Below are positions 1 through 8,442 of a stretch of 64,000 nucleotides of DNA, piece after piece (the stretch's first letter is position 1; each line of letters begins with the position of its first letter). The position numbers and the translations under genes were made by a program. The DNA is from an uncultured Gemmatimonadales bacterium. Its GTDB lineage: Bacteria > Gemmatimonadota > Gemmatimonadetes > Longimicrobiales > Gaopeijiaceae. The notes under the pieces were generated by a model. The model worked only from the letters and a program-made list of their open reading frames with translations. It made no database searches and was not told the DNA's origin. Location of the stretch: assembly GCA_963809895.1 (NCBI GenBank), contig CAWELD010000010.1:32001-96000 (forward strand), written 5' to 3'.

Positions 1-1
1 C

Positions 2-136
2 GACCTGCTGAACCGCATCCTCTGGCACGACGCGCGTGGATGGGACACGCCGTTCCCCGGAGTGCGGCGCGCGCTGTTCTTTCCCATGTCGGTGGAGCTG
101 GCCGACGACGAGCGCGAGGAGCGGGAAGGAGGCTGA
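2..136 (+). CDS. C-terminal fragment of a CDS entering from the left edge, possibly a YncE/alkaline-phosphatase-family (phosphoesterase) protein
   Basis: Frame 2 reads DLLNRILWHDARGWDTPFPG...EEREGG*; the LNRILW..KG..TPxP tail resembles beta-propeller/phosphoesterase fusions. Confidence 0.5.
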   Translation, partial: DLLNRILWHDARGWDTPFPGVRRALFFPMSVELADDEREEREGG

Positions 137-175
137 GGGGAGCGGACGTCCTCTCAGCGCATCTGCGAAGTTGTG

Positions 176-289
176 TTTGGGATAAGTTTAATGCAGATTC
201 CTTATCTCAAATGGTTCCCGGCCTGTCGTCTCATGCGCTGCCTTATGGGAAGCTCGCTCTGAGATAAGATTTACGCAGTTTTCTTATCT
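176..289. promoter_or_regulatory. Two GATAAG-N14-CTTATC inverted-repeat operator-like sites upstream of the Fic gene
   Basis: gataag at 181-186 with cttatc at 201-206, and gataag at 263-268 with cttatc at 283-288, in an AT-rich patch. Confidence 0.6.
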
Positions 290-334
290 GACAGGCCACC
301 AGAGGTCCGATCCCGCATCCAGAAGACCCGTGCA

Positions 335-1495
335 ATGGCATCGACCGAGCCCCAGCGATCCGGTGTATTCCGGCGTCAACCGGCCGGCTACACCGCGTTC
401 ATTCCTGCCCGGTTCCCCCCGCTGGACCTGGACCTGACCAACCTTCAGGAAGGTCTGGAAAGGGCGACGCTTGCATTGGGCCGGTTGATCGGATCGGCGG
501 AGATCCTCCCCGATCCGGATCTGTTCGTCTACATGTACGTGCGTCGCGAGGCGGTTCTGTCGAGCCAGATCGAGGGTACGGAGGCCTCGCTCGTCGATCT
601 GCTCGAGTACGAGGCGCAGATGGAGGAAGGGGACCGGCGAGTCGATGTGCGAGAGGTCGCGAACTACGTGGGAGCACTGCGCTACGGGCTCGAGCGGGTC
701 CAGGAGTTGCCGCTCTCGCTTCGTCTGATCCAGGAGATCCACGACCGCTTGATGCGAGGAGTTCGCGGAGGAGAACCGGCGAAGACGCCCGGGGAGTTTC
801 GCCGTTCGCAAAACTGGATCGGCGGGCCCACTCCGGCCACGGCGCGCTACGTTCCGCCGCCGGTCGAGGACATGCTCCGCTCGCTGTACGAACTCGAAGC
901 CTTCATGCACGCGGAGTCGGAGCTGCCGATCCTCGTGCGGGTGGCCCTGGCGCATGCCCACTTCGAAACGGTCCACCCGTTTCTCGACGGGAACGGGAGG
1001 ATCGGGCGGCTGCTGATCACGTTCATGCTCGTGCACGAAGAGGTCCTCGGCGAACCGATCCTGTACCTCTCGATCTTCTTCAAGCGGCACCGACAGGAGT
1101 ACTACGACCGGCTCCAGGCGATTCGGGAGACGGGGGATTGGGAGGGTTGGCTCGCCTTCTTCCTCGAGGGTGTCGCCGCTGTCGCGACGGAAGCCACCGC
1201 CACGGCGCGCCAGATCGTGCATCTGCGCGAGGAAGAGCGCGTGCATGTCGCTCAGGCACTGGGTCGTCGGGCCGGCTCGGGGCTTCAGTTGCTGGAGCAT
1301 CTGTTCAGGAATCCCATGGTCAACGTGAAGCGGGTCAGCGAGGTCACGGGGCTCTCGCAACCCGCCGCGAACGCATTGACGAACGTGATGGAAGAGGTGG
1401 GGATTCTGCGGGAGGTCACGGGGAAGAAGACCTACCGGATGTTCGGCTTCGACCGGTATCTCCAGCTCTTCCAGGAGCGGGAGGAGCGCGGCTGA
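335..1495 (+). CDS. fic: Fic family protein (class II, N-terminal inhibitory motif, C-terminal HTH)
   Basis: Canonical HPFLDGNGRIGR Fic motif, SSQIEG inhibitory motif, HTH-like C-terminus. Confidence 0.93.
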   Translation: MASTEPQRSGVFRRQPAGYTAFIPARFPPLDLDLTNLQEGLERATLALGRLIGSAEILPDPDLFVYMYVRREAVLSSQIEGTEASLVDLLEYEAQMEEGDRRVDVREVANYVGALRYGLERVQELPLSLRLIQEIHDRLMRGVRGGEPAKTPGEFRRSQNWIGGPTPATARYVPPPVEDMLRSLYELEAFMHAESELPILVRVALAHAHFETVHPFLDGNGRIGRLLITFMLVHEEVLGEPILYLSIFFKRHRQEYYDRLQAIRETGDWEGWLAFFLEGVAAVATEATATARQIVHLREEERVHVAQALGRRAGSGLQLLEHLFRNPMVNVKRVSEVTGLSQPAANALTNVMEEVGILREVTGKKTYRMFGFDRYLQLFQEREERG

Positions 1496-1599
1496 GCTCA
1501 GGGAAGGAGGTCGGCCCAGCACGCGAGCCGGATATCCGAACGCCGTAGCGGAGATCTCCCCACTTGCTGCCCGCGCGTCCCCCGTCGCATCGTGGGCGC

Positions 1600-1767
1600 A
1601 TGGAGTTCCTCAACTTCCTGATCATCATGTGGGCCGGCTGGCTGGTGTGGCGGCGGCCCCAGCGGGAACGGCTCGCCTTCACGCTGTTGCTGGTGAGCTG
1701 CCTCCTGATGGCGCTCCTCTTCCTCGTGGGCACGCACACGTCGTTCGTCCCGAGGCTGAACCTGTGA
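1600..1767 (+). CDS. dba: 55-aa two-TM membrane protein, Dba-like (DsbI accessory protein)
   Basis: MEFLNFLIIMWAGWLVWRRPQRERLAFTLLLVSCLLMALLFLVG...RLNL; size and pattern match Campylobacter Dba as I recall it; GTGA overlap with the next gene. Confidence 0.7.
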   Translation: MEFLNFLIIMWAGWLVWRRPQRERLAFTLLLVSCLLMALLFLVGTHTSFVPRLNL

Positions 1768-3365
1768 GCGGCCTGTCGCGGGAGCGCATGCGCGGGGTGC
1801 TGGCGTGGCTGGCGATCCTGCTCCTGGTCGTGCCCGTGGGCGGAGCGCTGTGGCTCGGCGTGGTCCAGGGCGAGTCCCCCTGCATCCTGTGCTGGGCGCA
1901 GCGGACCTCCATGCTCCTCATCGCCCTGGTCGTCCTGTTCGTGGTCCGCTACGGCATGCGCCCGCGCTACCTGGGACTGCTGGTGCTGCTGGGCGCGTGG
2001 GGCACCTTCATGGGCATCCGCCATTCGTCGCTCCACGTGGCGCGCGACGTGGGGCAGGGCTTCGCCGGGAGCATCCTGGGCGCGCACACCTACGTGTGGG
2101 CGTGGGTGATCCACTGGCTGGTGCTCATGGTCGGGGGAGCGCTGCTCCTGGTGCTGGAGCCGTGGTCCGACAAGCCGGTGAGCAAGCCGGGGCGCGTGGG
2201 GCGCTTCGCCATGGGACTCCTGGTGTTCATGGCCGCCGGCAACGCGCTGCAGGCGTTCGTGTCCACGGGTCCGCCGCCCTTCATCGGCCAGGCGGATCCC
2301 GTGCGCATCTCGCTGAATCCCCGCTACTGGGTGTGGTCCTTCGAGGAGATCCGGGGTTCCCTGGGATGGCGCGGATCGTGGAACATCCCCGAGCCCGACG
2401 CCTCGAGCGTGGATCCGGATCCCGCGCACGGGCCGTTGGCGGGGATTCCGGCGCTGACCATGGTGCGCGAGGAGCGGGTGACGGCGCCGGTGGAGGGCGC
2501 GATCACCGGGTTCGCGCTGGCTCCGGAGGGTGGGGGGATGGCGGCGAGCCAGGCGGCCGGGGCGCCAGCGGGCCAGGAGGCGCAGGAGGCGCAGGGGGCG
2601 CAGGAGGAGCGGGCGGCGCAGGAGGAGCGGGCGGCGCAGGAGATGCAGGCGCTGCGGGAGGCGCAGGCGCTGGTGATAACCGAAGGGTATGGCGTATATG
2701 TGCTCGACGGGTCGTTCGCTCGCGTGCTGCATCGCGTGGTGCTGGATCCCCAGTTCAGCGTGGACCTGACACCGCTGGCCGGCGCCGCGGTCCTCGAGGG
2801 AGACACCCTGGCCGTGCTCTCCAACAACAAGAGCTACGTGCTGCTGGCCCCGGACGCCGAGGCGGATCCCGTGCTGGCGTGGCGTCACTTCCTGGAGACC
2901 GACGGCACGGTGAGCGAGCTCACGCGCTCGCGCTTCAGCACCATGCGCGCGCGCCAGATGTACGCCAGCGCCCTGGCCTACGACGCCGAGGCCCGGGAGC
3001 TCATCACGGTGGGCGTGCCCTCACCGGGTCACGAGCAGCTCGTGGTGTCGCGCTTCGATCGGGGGGATTTCGGGCTGTCGTCGGAGTTCCTGCCGGGGCT
3101 GGGTGCCGGGCTGACCCTGGCCGATGCGGAGCGCGGGCCGGAGGAGTACTACGTGACCGGCGCGGCCGCGGCCGACGGGCTTCTCTACGCCGTGAGCGCG
3201 GCGTATTCGACGCTGCTGGTCATCGACCTGCGGGCCAGGACGCTGACCGCGGCCTATGCGCTCCCGGGGGTGTCGGATCCCGTGGGGGTGGCGGTGCGGG
3301 GCGGGGAGCTCCTGGTGGCGCAGGGCGACGGGCGGGTCGCGGTGTTCGAGCGACCGGGGCGGTAG
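1764..3365 (+). CDS. dsbI: DsbI-type disulfide bond formation protein (DsbB domain plus C-terminal beta-propeller)
   Basis: GESPCILCWAQR CxxC, five hydrophobic segments, GPPPFIGQADPVR motif, propeller-like C-terminus; GTG start overlaps the dba stop. Confidence 0.8.
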   Translation: MSGLSRERMRGVLAWLAILLLVVPVGGALWLGVVQGESPCILCWAQRTSMLLIALVVLFVVRYGMRPRYLGLLVLLGAWGTFMGIRHSSLHVARDVGQGFAGSILGAHTYVWAWVIHWLVLMVGGALLLVLEPWSDKPVSKPGRVGRFAMGLLVFMAAGNALQAFVSTGPPPFIGQADPVRISLNPRYWVWSFEEIRGSLGWRGSWNIPEPDASSVDPDPAHGPLAGIPALTMVREERVTAPVEGAITGFALAPEGGGMAASQAAGAPAGQEAQEAQGAQEERAAQEERAAQEMQALREAQALVITEGYGVYVLDGSFARVLHRVVLDPQFSVDLTPLAGAAVLEGDTLAVLSNNKSYVLLAPDAEADPVLAWRHFLETDGTVSELTRSRFSTMRARQMYASALAYDAEARELITVGVPSPGHEQLVVSRFDRGDFGLSSEFLPGLGAGLTLADAERGPEEYYVTGAAAADGLLYAVSAAYSTLLVIDLRARTLTAAYALPGVSDPVGVAVRGGELLVAQGDGRVAVFERPGR

Positions 3366-3393
3366 GGAGGCGGGCGGGCGCGTCGGCGGGCGA

Positions 3394-3458
3394 GCGGGGG
3401 CGAAGGTGGGCGTGCGGGGGCGAAGGTGGGCGTGCGGGGGCGAAGGTGGGCGTGCGGG
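3394..3458. repeat. 20-bp tandem repeat, about 3 copies (cgaaggtgggcgtgcggggg)
   Basis: Units start at 3401, 3421 and 3441. Confidence 0.9.
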
Positions 3459-3509
3459 CTGCGGGCCGCCGCGCCGGGCGTCGGGCGCTGCCCGCTGTCG
3501 CTACCGGGT

Positions 3510-3690
3510 GACTGGAGCCCCCATTTTCGGCGTTTGGACGATTTGACTCGCTGAGCGAGTCGAAATCGTCGAAGGGCCGTTGGCGCCGATAGCGGTTTGT
3601 TCAATTCAACTCGCTGAGCGAGTCGAATTGGCGAATCGTCGCTGCGGGGCCCTCCAGTGGAACGTTGTCGACAGACTGGCAAGCTGCGAC
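3510..3690. repeat. Dispersed about 180-bp palindromic element, family 1, copy A
   Basis: About 91% identical (16 differences in 181 nt, hand count) to 5319-5498; two internal ACTCGCTGAGCGAGT palindromes. Confidence 0.9.
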
Positions 3691-3696
3691 CGCGCG

Positions 3697-5121
3697 TCAG
3701 GGCGCCACGTTCTGATTCAGCCGGAACCGGTTGTCGGGATCGTACGTCCGCTTCACCTCGCGCAGCCGGTCCCATTGCTCGCCCAGTGCCGCCTCGACGA
3801 AACCGGGCTCATTGCCCGTGCCGGGAAAGTTCAGATTCGTCTTGCCGGTGCTGAAGGGCGCCATGGCGTCGAAGAATCCCCGGGCCCAGGCGATGTTGGC
3901 CTCGGCCTGGGCCGGATCGGCCCAGTTGGCCAGGATCTCCAGCAGATATGGCGCACCGCGGCCGCCGGCGGCGGTGGCATCGGCGGGGACCCGGTCCATG
4001 GCGCCGCCCAGGGCCCACAGCGCAGCCATGGACATGGCCGACGGCCGCCCGGCGACGTGCTCTTTCACGGTCTGCACCGCATCGTCGCCGAGCCCGGCGA
4101 GGTAGATGGACTTCCAGTAGTACTGGAGCTCTCCAGCGGGGAAGAAGGGATCGAACATGGTCTGCAGTCCGACCCAGGGGATCGTTCCCGACAGGTCGAG
4201 GAGCGGCTGCTCGATCTCGCGCAGCGGCTCGAGAATCTGCCGGCCCTCGTCCGGGTCTCCCGCGTAGGTCGCGCCCACGACGATCACCGCCCGGCCGTGA
4301 AGCTCGGCGGGGAACGCAGGGATCGACGGGATCGTCCACCAGGTGGAGGAGACGTTCACCTCGTCGGGTGCGTCGGCGGCGAAGTCCCGCATCGCCGCCA
4401 TGACCTTCGCGGCGCTCTCCAGCGGATAGCCGGGTCCGGCGAAGGCGATCATGGGGCCCACGGGATACGCCCGGAACTCGAACGACGTCACCACGCCGAA
4501 GTTGCCGCCGCCGCCGCGGAGGGCCCAGAAGAGGTCGGCGTTCTCCGTCTCGCTGGCGGTGACGACGTCACCGGACGCCGTGACCACGTCGGCCGACAGC
4601 AGGCTGTCCGAGGTCATGCCGTAGGTGCGGCGGAGCCAGCCCTGGCCGCCGCCCAGGGTGAGGCCGGCCACGCCCGTGGTGGAGACGATCCCCCCGGGCA
4701 CGGCCAGACCGAACACCTGCGACTCCCGGTCCAGGTCGCCCAGCGTGGCGCCCCCGGCGACCCGCACGGTGCGGGCTGCCGCATCGACGCGCACGCTCCG
4801 CATGGGCGAGAGGTCGATCACCAGGCCGCCGTCGCAGGTTCCGTAACCGGCCACGTTGTGACCGCCACCGCGCACGGCCACGAGCAGGTCGTGATCCGCC
4901 GCGAACCGGATCGCGGCCTGTACGTCGGCCACGCCACGGCAGCGAACGACCATGGCCGGGCGCCGGTCGATCATCCCGTTCCAGACGCGTCGGGCTTGGT
5001 CGTACGCAGGGTCGCCGGCCAGGATGAGCTGGGCACCCACCGAGGCCCTCAGGCCGTCGATGGCCTCCTGATCGAGAACGGTGCTCTCGCCGTCGAGTCG
5101 TCGGGCGTGGACGTCGGCCAT
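3697..5121 (-). CDS. FAD-binding oxidoreductase (BBE/6-hydroxy-D-nicotine oxidase-like)
   Basis: RGGGHNV covalent-FAD motif, LFWALRGGGGNFGVVT, C-terminal KRTYDPDNRFRLNQN; GGAGGA RBS before ATG 5121. Confidence 0.92.
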   Translation of the reverse strand: MADVHARRLDGESTVLDQEAIDGLRASVGAQLILAGDPAYDQARRVWNGMIDRRPAMVVRCRGVADVQAAIRFAADHDLLVAVRGGGHNVAGYGTCDGGLVIDLSPMRSVRVDAAARTVRVAGGATLGDLDRESQVFGLAVPGGIVSTTGVAGLTLGGGQGWLRRTYGMTSDSLLSADVVTASGDVVTASETENADLFWALRGGGGNFGVVTSFEFRAYPVGPMIAFAGPGYPLESAAKVMAAMRDFAADAPDEVNVSSTWWTIPSIPAFPAELHGRAVIVVGATYAGDPDEGRQILEPLREIEQPLLDLSGTIPWVGLQTMFDPFFPAGELQYYWKSIYLAGLGDDAVQTVKEHVAGRPSAMSMAALWALGGAMDRVPADATAAGGRGAPYLLEILANWADPAQAEANIAWARGFFDAMAPFSTGKTNLNFPGTGNEPGFVEAALGEQWDRLREVKRTYDPDNRFRLNQNVAP

Positions 5122-5318
5122 CGGTCCTCCTTCGGCTCCCAAGAAGCGCACGTCGGGGGGGTACGTGCAGGCGTCGGGACACCGCCGCCGACTACACGTC
5201 GTGCGGCTCGCGAGGCGCCTACTCTTCGTCGTGCGATAATACTACGAAGCACGTCAATCGCATATGAAGACGTGGGGCGTCCGTCCCCGAAGGCGCCGAG
5301 ACGCCGTCGCTAGGTGGC

Positions 5319-5498
5319 GACTGGAGCCCCCTTTTTCGGCGTTTGGACGATTTGACTCGCTGAGCGAGTCGAAATCGCCAGAGGACCGGTGGCGCCGATC
5401 ACGGTCTGTTCAATTCAACTCGCTGAGCGAGTCGAATCGACGAATCGTCGCTGCGGAGGCCTCCAGTGGAACGTTGGCGACGGCTGGCAAGCTGCGAC
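5319..5498. repeat. Dispersed about 180-bp palindromic element, family 1, copy B
   Basis: Direct repeat of 3510-3690. Confidence 0.9.
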
Positions 5499-5717
5499 AC
5501 CACCTGCCCGTGCCGCCGGTCCGCGTCGCCTGCCCTCGACGCGGCCCGCGACGCCTGCCCGCCCCGCCCGCCCGCCGCGCGACGCCGCCCGCGCGCGCGC
5601 CGTCTCACCCTCGACGCGGCCCGCGCCGCGCCCGCCCGCGACGTCTGCCCTCGGTGCCGCCCCCCCGCCGCAGCGCCCCCAATCCCACCATCCGCCCACC
5701 CCCAGGGAACCGTCGAA

Positions 5718-5746
5718 TTGACGTAAGTGTATCATCCGTATATATT
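5718..5746 (+). promoter_or_regulatory. sigma70-type promoter
   Basis: TTGACG-N17-TATATT in an AT-rich patch upstream of the 5799 ORF. Confidence 0.6.
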
Positions 5747-5798
5747 TAGCGTCTAGCTGCCTCGCCGTGCTCCGACGGCGGGCCAGCAAACAGGGCCA

Positions 5799-6875
5799 TT
5801 GGCGAGCCCTTTTCCTTCGGCCGATGCGCGTCCAGGCGTCCCGTCGCCGCCGCTCGGCTGGCAACGACAGGATCGTGTTGTTTTGACCCCGACGACGACC
5901 TTCGGCGCATCGAACAAGTCCACCGAGCTCGAGCTCGACGACCCGAACCTCTACAAGCACGTGAAGCGCCCCGAGTGGGGCTTCGGGATCCTGGTGAGAG
6001 AAGGTGAGGAGTCGCGCTCGTATCAGTTCGAGGACGGCCGTCTCCGCAAGATCCGGAAGGGCTACTACAAGCTCCTGAAGCCCATGAAGGAGCTCGACGC
6101 GCGGGGCGAGCACATTCGCGAGAACCTGCGTCGGGTGGCCGAGGTCGCGACCGACGACTCGGACCGGAGCGTGGTGGACGCGGTGGCGCCCTTCTCGGCC
6201 CAGATCGATCTGTTCACGCGCCTGTATCCCGGGGGATTCGAGGATCCCGAGTGGATCGAGGATCACCGGACCACCGAGGGGTCCCCGCTCAAGCGGCATC
6301 GCGAGCCGGTGTCGGCCGAGGCCCGGGATGCCCTCACCAAGGTGCGCTTCGAAGAGGCGCTGGCCGCCGACGAGCACGAGGAGCTGTGCGAGGTCATCGC
6401 GGACCTGCTGGCGCGCACCGATCTCGTGCAGGTATCCCACGCCAAGGCGCTCCGCGGGCTCGAGCCCGACGAGAAGAAGGAGTACGTGGAGGCGGTGGCG
6501 AATCTCCTGCACGGCGAGGGCGAGTACGAGCCGCGCTTCCGGGCGTACCTGAAGACGCTCGAGGAGCTCTTCGACGAGCGGCCGAGCTGGCGGGTGGCCA
6601 CGACCCTTCCGGGGCTGTTCTTTCCGCAGACCCAGGTGGTGGTGCGCCGCTCGGCCTTCATCCGGCAGGCGGGATCCATCGCACCCACGGCTCCCTACAG
6701 CCGCAAAGCGAAGGTGGGGCCGTACCGGAACTTCCGGCGGGTGGCGGTGGGCGTGCGCGAGCGGCTGAACGCCGCGGGCCACGAGCCCCGCGACCTGCTG
6801 GACGTCTACGACTTCATCTGGACGACGCTCCGGACCTCGGCGCTGGATCACCTGGGTCAGGACACCACGCCGTAG
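5799..6875 (+). CDS. Hypothetical protein with an N-terminal SH3-like (DUF3553-like) domain; true start probably downstream (about 5883)
   Basis: Typical codon usage from about 5890; YKHVKRPEWGFG motif; C-terminal PRDLLDVYDFIW. Confidence 0.7.
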   Translation: MASPFPSADARPGVPSPPLGWQRQDRVVLTPTTTFGASNKSTELELDDPNLYKHVKRPEWGFGILVREGEESRSYQFEDGRLRKIRKGYYKLLKPMKELDARGEHIRENLRRVAEVATDDSDRSVVDAVAPFSAQIDLFTRLYPGGFEDPEWIEDHRTTEGSPLKRHREPVSAEARDALTKVRFEEALAADEHEELCEVIADLLARTDLVQVSHAKALRGLEPDEKKEYVEAVANLLHGEGEYEPRFRAYLKTLEELFDERPSWRVATTLPGLFFPQTQVVVRRSAFIRQAGSIAPTAPYSRKAKVGPYRNFRRVAVGVRERLNAAGHEPRDLLDVYDFIWTTLRTSALDHLGQDTTP

Positions 6876-6947
6876 CAGCGGCCGCTGTAGCAGCCCGGCA
6901 CCCGCGCTCCGGGCGAGCATCGCCGGGCGCGGGCGCCGGGTGCCGGC

Positions 6948-8350
6948 TCACCGGATGCGCGTGAGCGTGTAGTCCGACTCCACCACGAACGAGAACCCGG
7001 TGAAGTCGGTCTGCTTCACGTAGGTGCCCTCGATGGTGGTGCCGTCGGCCGAGACGTCCCCCAGTCACTGCCTCGCATGTCGAGCCAGTAGTTCAGGGCT
7101 CGCTGGTCCTGCGTGCTCGGATCATTTCCGCAATCCACCGAGACGGTCACGAACGGGCCGAAGGTGAAGATGTAGCCCTGGTACCGAGCCGGAGTCGTCG
7201 AGGTGTCGAACTCCAGGTACGAGGTACCGGAGACCTCGTCGGTCACGTCGAAGGTGATCTCCGGGCCCGTGAAGACGCAGTCGTAATAGGTGTGACTGTA
7301 ATCCCACGTCACCGAGCCCCCCGTCACGACGTATCTGGGATTCGTCGATCAGGTCGTTCCCGTCGGGGCTCGGTCTGAAGGTGAGCTCGGGGACCTCGCC
7401 CACCTGGGCCGCCGTGCCCGCGCGGAGCTCCCCGAGCTTCTCCCAAGCCACCTGCGCCGGGTACCCCTGTTCCGAGAGCATCTCGAAGAAGGAGGTCGAC
7501 GCGGCGATGGCATCGTCGGCATAGACGGCCTGGCTCCATCCCAGGACGACGCTCGTCCCTCCCCGGAGGGCCTCCGCCAGGTCCAGCGCCTGGTCGCCCA
7601 CCGTCTGACACCCGTTCAGGAAGACCAGCGTCTGATCCAGGCCCTCGGGGTAGGCGTCGCGGAAGAAGTCGGCGGCCACCAGCACGTACTTGTTGCCGGT
7701 CTCCTCGCCGATGGCGAGCTCCAGCCCCATCTCGTCGAGCTGCAGGATCTTGGCGGCTTCCGAGTCCCCGCTGGTGATCACCGTCGACAGGACGCCGATC
7801 TCGAGGCCGGCGCGGCAGCCCGAAAGATCACAGACCCGACGCCCGTGCCCCGTGTAATACACCACGTCGAAGTCGTTCCAGTCCGTGAACGCCGCGGGTC
7901 CGACCTCCGTCGAAGTCTCCGCCTCGTTCTTCCTGTAGGCCACGTTCCCCTCGTAGCCACGCGTCGACTCCAGGACAGCCTTGATCTCGGCGCCATCGTC
8001 CCACTGCGGCGTGAATTGCCAGAGTGCGGGGGAGAGCACGAGAGCCTTCTTGTCCGGGCCTTCGTCGCCCACGATCTCGCGCGCTGGAGGTGGCGGGTTG
8101 GCCGGAGCGGGCGCGGCCTGCGGAGAGGGGCCACTCAGGTGGGCTCCCGGACGGTAGATCCACATGCCCCGACCCCCGTCCACGCGGAAGCGGATGGCCA
8201 GCTCGTCGCCCTGCACCTCGGCGACGTCGCTCTCGGCCTCCAGCCAGCTCTGCACCTCGGCGCTGGTCGATCCTCCGCCGAGCCTCGTGACCCCTTCGTC
8301 CGCCAGCGCCAGCGTGCGCTCGACGACGTCCGACGCGACATCGGACCATG
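6948..8350 (-). pseudogene. Disrupted protein with a caspase/gingipain-like (clan CD) His-Cys domain; 5' truncated and split over three frames
   Basis: VVYYTGHG and LVFLNGCQT motifs; frame break near 7345 and at the C5 run 7058-7062; no convincing start. Confidence 0.6.
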
Positions 8351-8442
8351 GCCGGCTTGTCCCGACCCGCCGATCCGCCGTAACGTGCGGCCCCCGCTCT
8401 GCCCGGAGCGGGGGCCTTCGTTCCTTGTGACAGGAACCGTCC

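Noticed and set aside
335..1495. Prophage or toxin-antitoxin island around fic
   Set aside because: No antitoxin, integrase or phage genes adjacent; the inhibitory motif is intramolecular.
3510..5498. Integron attC sites / gene cassette
   Set aside because: One RYYYAAC-type box (ATTCAAC) exists, but there is no complementary GTTRRRY partner at the element end and no integrase.
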